Positions 48,521 through 59,636 are shown, counted from the first letter of the stretch. The stretch is DNA of 64,000 bases from Candidatus Latescibacterota bacterium (GCA_965222075.1 OZ244937.1:4544001-4608000); one strand, 5' to 3'. A program made the numbers and translations. Notes: generated by a model not told the origin, from the letters alone.

Positions 48521-50119
48521 ATGAATTCCATTTCTCACTTCTTAGACGGCAAGGTCCTGCTTGTCACAGGATCGACCGGATTTGTAGCGAAGGGACTGGT
48601 GGAGAAGCTTCTGCGGTGTGTCCCTGATATACAACGGATTTATCTGCTGGTTCGACCCAGACGTCAGTCGAGCGGGACACCCGTTTCGGCGGAGCAGCGG
48701 TTGGCACGGGAGGTGTTCCCCAGCCGTGCTTTTGAGAAGCTGCGGAAACAGCGGGGACCGGCGTTCGACAGCGTCATCCGGCAGAAGGTTGTGGCTGTGG
48801 CCTATGATCTGGCAGTGGATCGGCTGGGCATCGATCCGGAGGTCTATGCGCGGCTTACCCAAGAGGTAGACATTGTGATCAGCGTTGCGGGCACTGTGGT
48901 TTTTGACGAGCGCCTCGACCTCGCCCTGGAAGTGAATACCCTCGGCCCCCAACGGCTGCTTGAGTTTGCAAAGGCCTGCCCAGATGCCATTTTCCTCCAC
49001 GTGTCGACCGCGTACGTCAACGGGCAGCTGACAGGGCGGATTCCCGAAGTGGTGCTCCCGCCGGATCGTACCATTGCAGAACTGATGGGTAATGGTCGGG
49101 CGTGTGTGTACGATCTGGATGCTGAGATTGCGTCAATCCGGCAGCTCACCCGGCAGGTGGAGGAGACGTCACAGCGCTCGGAGCTCCAGGACCGGTTCCA
49201 CCGAATGCTGGAGAAGCAGGACAGGGGCAAACGGGTTACGGCGTATAGGCGGACGCACCAGCTTGAGGCCCTGCGTATCCGGTGGATTAAGAAGCGGCTG
49301 GTGGAGGAGGGTATGGTCAGGGCGCGGCAGCTGGGCTGGCACGACTGTTACACCCTGACGAAGGCTATGGGCGAACAGGTGATCGTCAAGACCCGGGGGG
49401 ATTTGCCCACGGCCATTGTCCGGCCTTCGATTATCGAAAGCAGCCTGCTGGATCCCGAACCGGGGTGGCTGGAGGATTTGAAGGTGGCCGATCCGCTGAT
49501 CTCCTACTACAGCAAGGGGCGGCTGTCCGATTTTCCCGCGAATCCCGATGTTGTGGTCGATGTGATTCCCGTGGACTTTGTGGTCAATGCGATTATTGCG
49601 GCTCTTCCGAGGGTGCGGGAGGAGAAGGAGATCAAAGTTTACCAGGTGGCCACCGGGTCTGAGAACCCGATGCGACTGGGGGAGATGTTTGAGCTGGTTT
49701 ACGACTATTTTAAGCGGAACCCCATGCAGGATAAAGCCGGACGGCCCATTGAAGTGCACCAGTGGAATTTCCCCAGCCGGGAGACGTTTCGACGCAACTG
49801 CCGCTTAAAATACAAACTTCCCCTTCATACGCTGGGCTGGTTGATGGACCACATCCCACTGTCTTCGCGGTGGAGGCGAAAGGTCTCGATGCTGGAAGCG
49901 ACATTTGACCGGATATTCGCCCTGAGCGAGATTTACAGTTCCTATACCCACCTGAATTGCGAGTTCGAGACGGAGAATACCCGCCGGCTTTATGAAGAAC
50001 TAAATCCTGAAGACCAGGAGATCTTTAACTTCGACGTGACCCGAATCGAATGGCAGGACTACATCCAGAACATCCACATCCCGGGGTTACAGCGCCACGT
50101 GTTGAAAACCCACACTTGA
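48521..50119 (+). CDS. Alcohol-forming fatty acyl-CoA reductase (FAR; NAD_binding_4 plus Sterile domain)
   Basis: VTGSTGFVAKGLVEKLLR, HVSTAYVNG, GWHDCYTLTKAMGE (YxxxK), IVRPSIIES, DVIPVDFVVN, FNFDVTRIEWQDYIQNIHIPGL. Confidence 0.92.
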   Translation: MNSISHFLDGKVLLVTGSTGFVAKGLVEKLLRCVPDIQRIYLLVRPRRQSSGTPVSAEQRLAREVFPSRAFEKLRKQRGPAFDSVIRQKVVAVAYDLAVDRLGIDPEVYARLTQEVDIVISVAGTVVFDERLDLALEVNTLGPQRLLEFAKACPDAIFLHVSTAYVNGQLTGRIPEVVLPPDRTIAELMGNGRACVYDLDAEIASIRQLTRQVEETSQRSELQDRFHRMLEKQDRGKRVTAYRRTHQLEALRIRWIKKRLVEEGMVRARQLGWHDCYTLTKAMGEQVIVKTRGDLPTAIVRPSIIESSLLDPEPGWLEDLKVADPLISYYSKGRLSDFPANPDVVVDVIPVDFVVNAIIAALPRVREEKEIKVYQVATGSENPMRLGEMFELVYDYFKRNPMQDKAGRPIEVHQWNFPSRETFRRNCRLKYKLPLHTLGWLMDHIPLSSRWRRKVSMLEATFDRIFALSEIYSSYTHLNCEFETENTRRLYEELNPEDQEIFNFDVTRIEWQDYIQNIHIPGLQRHVLKTHT

Positions 50120-50201
50120 AACTGAGATTTGAGCGCTTGCAGGATCCCATGGGGCTGAAGCGTGGGAGATGTGGGTTTTTTTGTTTTTCAGGAACGTTTT
50201 G

Positions 50202-52190
50202 ATGGACCGTCGCTATTCTGGCTCCACACCTCTGCTTGACCTGCATATCAACGAACTGATCAACGATTCGGATCAGATGCTGGTTATCTACGACCAGATG
50301 GCGCAGGAGATTATTGAGTTGGGACGCCCAGAGGGGTATTTTGAGAGCTGGGACACCGAGGCGCTGAGGTGGCCGCAAAGCCGGACCGAGGCCGGACCGA
50401 TTGACCTGGAGGGTCTGCAGGCGCGGGTGGGGTTGGTGGATGCCTTTTACCAGGGTGTTCCCAGGCTTCGGGACGAGCGGTTGGCCGAGGCTTACGAGCA
50501 GTTCAGCCGTCTGGCAGCCGCCTACCAGAAAGGGAACCGGATCTACCGGCAGGTCAAGGCGCAGTTCACCGCGCGGGGCGCCGGGACAGAGCAAGATTTT
50601 CTCCAGCTTTATCAGACCCTCTACATCGAGGCGCTGGCAAAGGGGGACCTCTTTGCCCCGGATGTGGGGGAGGCGGCCCTGGCGCAGGCGAGGGTCTCCC
50701 GGGTACCTCTTTCACACGCACAGGTCGTGGCCGAGGCCCTCTCGACGGTTGTCTTAGACGACGATCTCAGGTGGGAGGTTCTCTATTCCTGTACGGTGGA
50801 CGGGGTCACGGTCGAGGCCTCTCTGCGCGATCTGCTTCGGGATGTGGCCCAGCGGACTTTAGACCACATTGCGGCCGGCGAACTTTTAGCGACCCGTTAC
50901 AATACGTACAACAACCTGGGCTGGTTCGGTAGTTCGGTCTGGAAGGTCGTTGTGGGTGCCGAGTTGTTGTTGCATCGGCTCGCCGCCCGGCCCAATGGAG
51001 ATGCGGGGGAACAGGAGGCCGTCCGGTCGGATATCCGGCTTGCGCAGGGCATGCTGATCGCGTTTTTCCAGGCCCACCGCGAAGACCCTGCCCGGTTGAA
51101 GCCAGAGAAGTACTGGTACGGACAGGATTACAGCTATTTGACCCGGGATATGATCGACCTGGGGGTTCGGCTGGTGGGCCGCGTCAACCGGCTGGTTCGG
51201 GATGCGAACCGCTTTGGTGGGGAGGGTGGATTGGAGGCGCTTGCGCTGCCCCCCCTCTTAGCCGGGGAGGCCCGCGGGCGGTTTGTGGAATATCCCCAAG
51301 TTGGCAGACGGGCAACACTCTCTCCCGGGCAGCGGGCGTTCAGGCTCGGACGCTGGGCGCTGGCCTCCTGGAAGACAGGCCGGCGCAGGGTGCGGTTGGC
51401 CAGATCGGTGCTGGAAGAGGATCGTCGGTTGGAGCGGGCGTGGCAGGAGTGGCTGAGGTGGGCCGAGGCCACGCTTCGAATTTTTGACATTCAGGTCAAG
51501 ATCTGTATCGATCCCCAGTTTTTCCGGATTGCCAGAGAGCTGGATCTGGACAGTGGAAAGCGGAAGGTCCTTTTTTTGCCGGCCCACCAGAGTCTGCTGG
51601 ACCATCCGATTATGTATCACGTGCTGGGCTCCTCCGAACTGATGGCTGCGATGGGCTGGGAAAAGCCGAGGCCCTGCGTGCTTCTGGGTCGCACCGGGCT
51701 GTCCAGGGCGGGCGTGAGGATCGGCCCCTGGGACTTTACGATGTTTGGCGTCTCTTCGGAGACCTTCGACTGGATGCTGGAAGAGGTGGATGGTTATGTG
51801 ACGCGCGAACGCGTCGGTGGGACAGGCTCTACGGCCATGAGGGTTGTGGCGGCGCTGGGAAAACGCCCGGGCATCATCTATCCTATGGGGACAACGCCCG
51901 CTTTCGGCATCCAACTCTTTCCACTCCAGCATGGTATGTTCGCCCAGCTGCCCCATGATGTGGTCATTGTGCCCATCGTTTTTCGAGGCGCCCACTCCCT
52001 CTGGCCCAAGTGTCCCAAGGGGAATCTGAACATCAATCCGGGCGTGGTCGAGGCCGTGGTTGCTCCCCCGATGCTGGGTGAGACCACGCTGCTGCCGAAG
52101 CGGCGGCGGCTGCGGATTCAGCTGGAGGCCGCAAATCTCTTTCAGGCGGTTCACATTTCTACGCTGTTGAATCCCGAGCCTTCGGGGTAA
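50202..52190 (+). CDS. Glycerolipid acyltransferase (HX4D family) with about 430 aa of unknown helical N-terminal domain; putative DHAP acyltransferase
   Basis: LFLPAHQSLLDH (motif I), IIYPMGT (variant of FPEGT), IVPIVFRG. Substrate is inferred from gene context only. Confidence 0.7.
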   Translation: MDRRYSGSTPLLDLHINELINDSDQMLVIYDQMAQEIIELGRPEGYFESWDTEALRWPQSRTEAGPIDLEGLQARVGLVDAFYQGVPRLRDERLAEAYEQFSRLAAAYQKGNRIYRQVKAQFTARGAGTEQDFLQLYQTLYIEALAKGDLFAPDVGEAALAQARVSRVPLSHAQVVAEALSTVVLDDDLRWEVLYSCTVDGVTVEASLRDLLRDVAQRTLDHIAAGELLATRYNTYNNLGWFGSSVWKVVVGAELLLHRLAARPNGDAGEQEAVRSDIRLAQGMLIAFFQAHREDPARLKPEKYWYGQDYSYLTRDMIDLGVRLVGRVNRLVRDANRFGGEGGLEALALPPLLAGEARGRFVEYPQVGRRATLSPGQRAFRLGRWALASWKTGRRRVRLARSVLEEDRRLERAWQEWLRWAEATLRIFDIQVKICIDPQFFRIARELDLDSGKRKVLFLPAHQSLLDHPIMYHVLGSSELMAAMGWEKPRPCVLLGRTGLSRAGVRIGPWDFTMFGVSSETFDWMLEEVDGYVTRERVGGTGSTAMRVVAALGKRPGIIYPMGTTPAFGIQLFPLQHGMFAQLPHDVVIVPIVFRGAHSLWPKCPKGNLNINPGVVEAVVAPPMLGETTLLPKRRRLRIQLEAANLFQAVHISTLLNPEPSG

Positions 52191-52296
52191 AACAGGGGCC
52201 AGGGGTCGGGTATCAGGAGTCAGTAAAGGCAAACACCGATGAACGGACGGAGGTCCATCCGGAGGGGATGATGGTTGATATCAGGGGAAATTTATC

Positions 52297-54156
52297 ATGG
52301 TAGAAGCAATAGCTTTGGCGATTGTTGTGGTAGCAGTTTTTGCAATATACCTGGTGAAGCGGCGGCGTTCCTATCGGGACTTAGACGCTTTTTACGACCT
52401 TTCTGAAGGAGAGCGATTTGCCCACAAATGGGGGTATACGGATACCCGGTTTGAGTTTGAGGACCCCAGGACCGTTAAGGTCACCGGGAGCAGATATCCA
52501 ATATCGGGTTACCGGATGCCGTATCTGGTTTCCTTCTTAGAGGATACGCTCGATATCTCTGTCCATCCGGACGATATGAATGTGGAGGTGGAAGACCAGG
52601 AGGTGCCCGAACCGAATACCAACGGTGGGTTTCTGGCTTCTGTTCAGGCCAAATTCAAAGCGGACCAATATTCACTCGATGCAAAGGAGCGCCTGATTCA
52701 CAGCCACGGACAGTTGAGCGTGGACGAAATTTATCGGGTGCTGTATTCGTCATCGCTGAAACGGATAGTCGATCTGGTCTTTTATCCTGAGGGAGAAGAT
52801 GATGTCAGGGCGGTTATCGAACTGGCGAACGAGCACAATGTGTGCTTAGTGCCCTATGGAGGCGGGACGAACGTAAGCGGCGCGCTGGCCTGTCCGGTTG
52901 GAGAACAGCGGATGATTGTGTCGGTGGATTTGAGGCGCATGAACCGAATTCTGTGGGTTGATAAGGAGAATTATCTGGCCTGCGCTGAAGCGGGCATCCT
53001 GGGCAAGCAGCTGGAGGTGGGGCTTGAGGCAAAGGGGTACACGTCGGGGCACGATCCGGACAGTGTTGAGCTTTCGACTCTGGGGGGATGGATTGCGACC
53101 AACGCCAGCGGGATGAAAAAGAACAGATACGGCAATATCGAAGAGATCGTGCTTGAGGCCACGCTGGTTACTCCTACGGGGGAGATTGAAACGAAGCATG
53201 TAACGCCGAGGAATTCAACCGGCATCCAGCCCAGGTCTTTTCTGTTCGGCAGCGAGGGCAATTTTGGCATTATTACCAAGGCGGTGATCAAGATCCATCT
53301 CCTGCCGGAGGCGCGCAAATACGGGTCGCTTGTGTTCCCCTCTTTTGAGAAGGGCGTCGGCTTCTTAAAGGCATTGCGTCAGACGGGCGGGTTGCCCGCA
53401 AGTATCCGTCTGGGGAGCAATAAGGAGCTTCGATTCGCGCAGGCTTTAAAACAGGAACCGACATTTTTGAAGAGGACTAAAGAGAAGGTGCAGGCATTCT
53501 TTATGCAGAAGATCCTGAGCTTCGATCCGATGCAGATGGTCGTCTGCACCATTGTGATGGAGGGTTCAAAGGAGGAGGTGCGCCAGCAGGATAAGACGAT
53601 CTTCAGTCTGGCTAAAAAGCACGGCGGCATGAGCGCCGGCGCGAGCATCGGAAAACGGGGGTATGCGCTGACGTTCGGGATTGCTTATATTCGGGACTTC
53701 GTCAACGAGCTTCAGATCCTCGGGGAGACGTTTGAGACGTCGGTGCCGTGGGATAAGATCCACCAGGTGTGCCAGGCCGTGCAGGAAGAATTAGATGAAC
53801 AGGCGGTAAGGTATCACATACCGGGCAAGCCTTATCTCCAGTACCGTGTTCCGCAGACTTACCACACAGGGGTTTGCATTTATTTTACGATGGGTTTTTG
53901 TGGGAAAGGGCTGGAAAGACCGGATGAGGTTTTTCACAATATCGAGCGGCGCCTGCGGCAGGTTATTCTCGACAACGGCGGCTCTTTGTCCCACCACCAC
54001 GGCGTAGGCAAGATCCGGCAAGGCTTCCTGCCCCAGGTTCAGACTGAAAACACCATCCATGTTTTGCGTCAGACTAAAAAGGCGATGGATCCCAACAACA
54101 TCTTTGGAATCAGAAACGGCGTTTTTAATGCGTTCCCTGATGATTTATTAATGTAA
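52297..54156 (+). CDS. agpS: Alkyl-dihydroxyacetonephosphate synthase (alkylglycerone-phosphate synthase), with N-terminal TM anchor
   Basis: WGYTD, PYGGGTNVS, GHDPDSVELSTLGGWIATNASGMKKNRYGNIE, GSEGNFGIIT, PASIRL, RGYALTFGIAYIRD, ETFETSVPWD, GVCIYF, SLSHHHGVGKIR, DPNNIFG. Confidence 0.92.
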   Translation: MVEAIALAIVVVAVFAIYLVKRRRSYRDLDAFYDLSEGERFAHKWGYTDTRFEFEDPRTVKVTGSRYPISGYRMPYLVSFLEDTLDISVHPDDMNVEVEDQEVPEPNTNGGFLASVQAKFKADQYSLDAKERLIHSHGQLSVDEIYRVLYSSSLKRIVDLVFYPEGEDDVRAVIELANEHNVCLVPYGGGTNVSGALACPVGEQRMIVSVDLRRMNRILWVDKENYLACAEAGILGKQLEVGLEAKGYTSGHDPDSVELSTLGGWIATNASGMKKNRYGNIEEIVLEATLVTPTGEIETKHVTPRNSTGIQPRSFLFGSEGNFGIITKAVIKIHLLPEARKYGSLVFPSFEKGVGFLKALRQTGGLPASIRLGSNKELRFAQALKQEPTFLKRTKEKVQAFFMQKILSFDPMQMVVCTIVMEGSKEEVRQQDKTIFSLAKKHGGMSAGASIGKRGYALTFGIAYIRDFVNELQILGETFETSVPWDKIHQVCQAVQEELDEQAVRYHIPGKPYLQYRVPQTYHTGVCIYFTMGFCGKGLERPDEVFHNIERRLRQVILDNGGSLSHHHGVGKIRQGFLPQVQTENTIHVLRQTKKAMDPNNIFGIRNGVFNAFPDDLLM

Positions 54157-54168
54157 GTAGGCCATAAA

Positions 54169-54975
54169 ATGCCTCAAGAAAAGACAGTGATCATAACAGG
54201 GGCTTCTTCGGGGCTTGGTGCATCGCTGGCCCTGGAATTCGCCAAGGCCGGAGCGAATCTTGGGCTGTTTGCGCTGGACGAGGAAGGGCTGATGGAAACC
54301 GCAGGTAAGTGTCGGGAGCGCGAGGCCCGCGTTCTTACGGCTGCCGGAGATGTGGGAAGGCCAGAAGACTGTGAACAGCTGGTTGAAGATACGGTTTCCC
54401 AATTTGGGGGGGTGGACTACCTGATTGCCTGCGCCGGTGTGAGTATGTGGGCGAAATTCGAAGAGATTGAGGACGTATCCATATTCCGCAAGCTTATGGA
54501 GACAAATTACCTTGGCATTGTCAACTGCGTATATTACGCCCTTCCGCATTTGAAGGTGCGCAGCGGGATGATTGTGGCCATCTCCTCGATCCAGGGCAAG
54601 ATAGGCGTTCCGTTCCATACAGGTTATGTCGCCTCTAAGCACGCTGTGCAGGGTTTTTTCGAGTCTCTGCGAGCCGAGCTCAGCGGGAGCGGCGTGAATG
54701 TCCTGACCGTATTGCCCCACTGGTTGAGGGGGACCAATTTGCGGAAGAGCGCTTTTGGGAAAGATGGGAGCTCTATGGGAGCGTCGGAGAAAGAACACAG
54801 CAAGGAGTCCATCTCTCTTGAGGAATGCTGTCAGGCCATCCTCAAAGCAATCGAAAAGAGGAAAAGGGAGTTGGTCATTCCTTCAAAGCTCAAGGTCCTT
54901 CCGTGGTTAAATCTGATCAATCCCAAGATTGTAGCGTTTTTCGTTAAGGGGGCGATGGAACAGCAGGACAGGTAG
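54169..54975 (+). CDS. SDR oxidoreductase, DHRS7/DHRS7B-like (putative acyl/alkyl-DHAP reductase)
   Basis: ITGASSGLG, METNYLG, IVAISSIQGK, YVASKHAVQGFFESLRAEL. Confidence 0.8.
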   Translation: MPQEKTVIITGASSGLGASLALEFAKAGANLGLFALDEEGLMETAGKCREREARVLTAAGDVGRPEDCEQLVEDTVSQFGGVDYLIACAGVSMWAKFEEIEDVSIFRKLMETNYLGIVNCVYYALPHLKVRSGMIVAISSIQGKIGVPFHTGYVASKHAVQGFFESLRAELSGSGVNVLTVLPHWLRGTNLRKSAFGKDGSSMGASEKEHSKESISLEECCQAILKAIEKRKRELVIPSKLKVLPWLNLINPKIVAFFVKGAMEQQDR

Positions 54976-55003
54976 AGCGTCGCCGCATGCATAGGGTCCC
55001 CCC

Positions 55004-57063
<2,060 letters not shown>

Positions 57064-57170
57064 AAAAGCAGGAATTGGGGTTCAGGGAAAAGCAACCACG
57101 GATGAACACAGAAAACCCCTGGTTCTCCTGGGTTTGCTATGTCTTTGCACACCGTTTTACCACACTTGTG

Positions 57171-57261
57171 ATCTCAAGGGCAGCAGGCGTCGGGGGCCTG
57201 CACCGAGGGTACCCGGGGCACAGCGTTTGGGACTTCCACAGGGCCAGATTTCAAAAATTTT
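57171..57261 (-). repeat. Dispersed repeat family A, copy at the 3' end of the acetamidase gene
   Basis: About 66/86 ungapped identity to the reverse complement of 62182-62271. Confidence 0.85.
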
Positions 57262-57264
57262 CGG

Positions 57265-58197
57265 TTACCGTCTCTTCGCACCGATGCTTTCCAGGGTTTG
57301 TTTGGACATTTTGCAGACCATCGTGTACGCGGGGTCGTAGATGTTGCCGATGTCGTATTCGACGGCCTGACCCATCAGAATGTGAATGGTTCGAGCGTCC
57401 AGGCCATAGTCGTCCCGCAGGAAGCGGATCATCTCGGTGGTGGCGTGTTGTGTGGCCTGGTCCAGGGGGCGGGCGTTGCCGACGGCCATGATGTGGGTTT
57501 CATTTATGGCTCGAGGCCAGTGGATATTTTTGCCTTTGATGAGGCGCAGGGTGAAGGTCACGTCGAAGGAGATTTCGATGCCGGTCCCGACGATTTCGCC
57601 GTCGCCCTGAACGGCATGGCCGTCGCCGAGCTGGAAGAGGCCGCCCTCTACGAAGACCGAAAAATAGACGGTAACACCCTGGACGAATTCCTTATAATCC
57701 ATGTTGCCGCCATGGGTATCGGAGGTGGCGGTGGAGATGGCCTGGCCTCGAGGCGGCGCCACGCCGAAGCAGCCGACCATGGGGCGAAGCGGGATTTTGA
57801 GGTTGCCTATGGGAAGATCGTCGAAGCCGATGGGCGTGGCGGTGTTGTTTTCAAAGTCGATTTCCCATTCCAGGCGGTTGCGGTTGTCGTTGAATTCGGG
57901 GGTGTAGCCGAAGTCCAGCACGTTGGGAGCGATTACACCGGATGTGAAGCCGGTCTTGCGGTTGGGTGCCAAGCTGTCAAAGGTCACGGCCAGGGTGTCA
58001 CCCGGTTCGGCACCTTCAAGATAAAAAGGGCCGGTCTGGGGATTGCCGCCTTCGGTGACCGGTTCATTGGTGGCGTCTTTCCCACCGGCATCCACGGTCG
58101 TAGTGGTAATCGTGTCGCCGCTGGCAACATGCAGTACGGGTTCGTGGGCACCGATGGCGGTGTGGTAGGTCTTGGGCGTGAATTGATGGTGGGCCAT
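57265..58197 (-). CDS. Acetamidase/formamidase family protein
   Basis: NPQTGPFYLEGAEPGDTL, PMVGCFGVAP, HGGNMD, GDGHAVQGDGEIVGTGIE. Confidence 0.92.
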   Translation of the reverse strand: MAHHQFTPKTYHTAIGAHEPVLHVASGDTITTTTVDAGGKDATNEPVTEGGNPQTGPFYLEGAEPGDTLAVTFDSLAPNRKTGFTSGVIAPNVLDFGYTPEFNDNRNRLEWEIDFENNTATPIGFDDLPIGNLKIPLRPMVGCFGVAPPRGQAISTATSDTHGGNMDYKEFVQGVTVYFSVFVEGGLFQLGDGHAVQGDGEIVGTGIEISFDVTFTLRLIKGKNIHWPRAINETHIMAVGNARPLDQATQHATTEMIRFLRDDYGLDARTIHILMGQAVEYDIGNIYDPAYTMVCKMSKQTLESIGAKRR

Positions 58198-58300
58198 AGG
58201 GGCTCCTTTTGTAAGGAAAAAGGAAAAAAGGTGACAGATGTGAGGGGGCAAAGGTAAAAATTGTCCAGGTTGTTTTTTCTGCCTTTTGCCCTTTGCCCTT

Positions 58301-59224
58301 TCACTTCTTGCAGGAGATCATGGTGATTGCTTCGGGAGCCTCCCAGGCGGTTTCCCAGGTCTGGCCGCGGTTGTCGCTGCAGTAGAGGGTTTTGTCCGAG
58401 ACGGCCCAGGCGCGGCCGTTGGAGGAAAAGGCGATGTGGAAGGTGTCGATGTTGCCCCGGGTGGTTTCGGGGAAGCCACCGGTGACGTGGGACCAGGTCA
58501 GGCCGGCGTCCTGGGTGCGGAAGAGGCGGCCCTCCGCGTTGCCTCCGGGGCCGTCGCTGACGGTTGCCAGGAGGCAGTCCCGGTCCTGGGGGTGGACGGC
58601 GATTGCACGGCCGTAGAGGACGGAGAAGCCGTTGGCGCGGTGCCCCCAGGTCTGCCCGCGGTCACCGCTGATGTACACGGCGCGGGCGGTGTTGGCGTAG
58701 ACACGCTCGTCCGTTTGGGGGGAGGTGGCCACCTGGTGGACGTCTTTGTTCAGGTGGGGTGTGACCGGCTCCCAGGACGCGCCCCGGTCTGGAGAACGCA
58801 TGATGCTGCCTACGTGGATGTCGGCATAGACCCAGCCGTCTGCGGTGTCGGCGAAGCTGCGCAGCGCGGCCGGACCGCCCCAGGGGGTGTACCACTCGTC
58901 TCGGCATTCGAGCTGATCGAAGGCTTCGACGCGCTCGACGGTGTCGCCCGAGAGCCGGTAGAGGTGAGGGCCCTCGGTGCCGATGAGGAGGAGGTCGCCG
59001 CTCAGGATGAGAAGGGATTCGATGGGGTCGGCAATGCCGGTGGAGACGGTGCGCGACCCGTCTTCGGTGAGGAGGACGATGTCTCCTCCACGGAGGGCGA
59101 CAGCGCTGCAAGACGGGCCTTCCGCCACACGTTCCACGCGCTCTCCCCTGCACTTTGGAAGCGGCGCGTCCTGGACGCCGCCGCCGTTTAAGGTATAGAC
59201 CTTCGTCTTTGTGGCGATTAGCAT
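58301..59224 (-). CDS. BNR/Asp-box repeat beta-propeller protein
   Basis: Repeated SxDxGxTW boxes: SPDRGASW, SGDRGQTW, TQDAGLTW, SDNRGQTW. Confidence 0.85.
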   Translation of the reverse strand: MLIATKTKVYTLNGGGVQDAPLPKCRGERVERVAEGPSCSAVALRGGDIVLLTEDGSRTVSTGIADPIESLLILSGDLLLIGTEGPHLYRLSGDTVERVEAFDQLECRDEWYTPWGGPAALRSFADTADGWVYADIHVGSIMRSPDRGASWEPVTPHLNKDVHQVATSPQTDERVYANTARAVYISGDRGQTWGHRANGFSVLYGRAIAVHPQDRDCLLATVSDGPGGNAEGRLFRTQDAGLTWSHVTGGFPETTRGNIDTFHIAFSSNGRAWAVSDKTLYCSDNRGQTWETAWEAPEAITMISCKK

Positions 59225-59384
59225 GGCGGTTCTCCTTCATGTATGCTGACCACACGGCCTGAGGTTCAGATCGGTTTATCTGTAATTTAATGGATCGAGA
59301 CCTTTCTGTAAATACAAAAGATGCCTGCTGCACACCGCGCCCGGTCGGTTTCGCCGGGATGTTTTTTTGCCCTCAGATAAGTGC

Positions 59385-59413
59385 TTGACAGCGGGATCGG
59401 AGCAGCCTATCCT
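59385..59413 (+). promoter_or_regulatory. Sigma70-type promoter (TTGACA-17-TATCCT)
   Basis: TTGACA at 59385-59390, a 17-nt spacer, and TATCCT at 59408-59413. Confidence 0.65.
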
Positions 59414-59423
59414 ATATCGTGGC

Positions 59424-59559
59424 CAGATGAGGGACGACGAACGATGGACAGCAGACGCGTTTCAGGTTCCAGGTTGGCACTTTTGATCTCCATTTTCCTG
59501 GCTTTTTCAACCTGGAACTGAATTTTCTCTGTGGTCTGTGGTCCGTCGTCCCTCATCTG
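59424..59559 (+). other. Long hairpin in the predicted 5' leader of the beta-CASP gene
   Basis: Perfect 16-bp outer stem (59424-59439/59544-59559) and a 15-bp inner stem with one bulge (59461-59476/59508-59522). Confidence 0.75.
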
Positions 59560-59636
59560 CGCTTCGAGAAACCGAAAAGGTATTTCTATACGGTCCTTGA
59601 ATCGCTGGAACAGGCGACGGCCGGTAGAGGGAGAAG

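Noticed and set aside
48521-52190. Wax-ester synthesis operon
   Set aside because: No WS/DGAT HHxxxDG motif. The acyltransferase is HX4D type, and the downstream AGPS explains the use of fatty alcohol. Not fully excluded.
52297-54156. Generic D-lactate or glycolate dehydrogenase (GlcD) call
   Set aside because: It has HHHGVG rather than GEHGxG, plus AGPS-specific segments (SGMKKNxYGNIE, IAYIRD) and a FAR/acyltransferase context.
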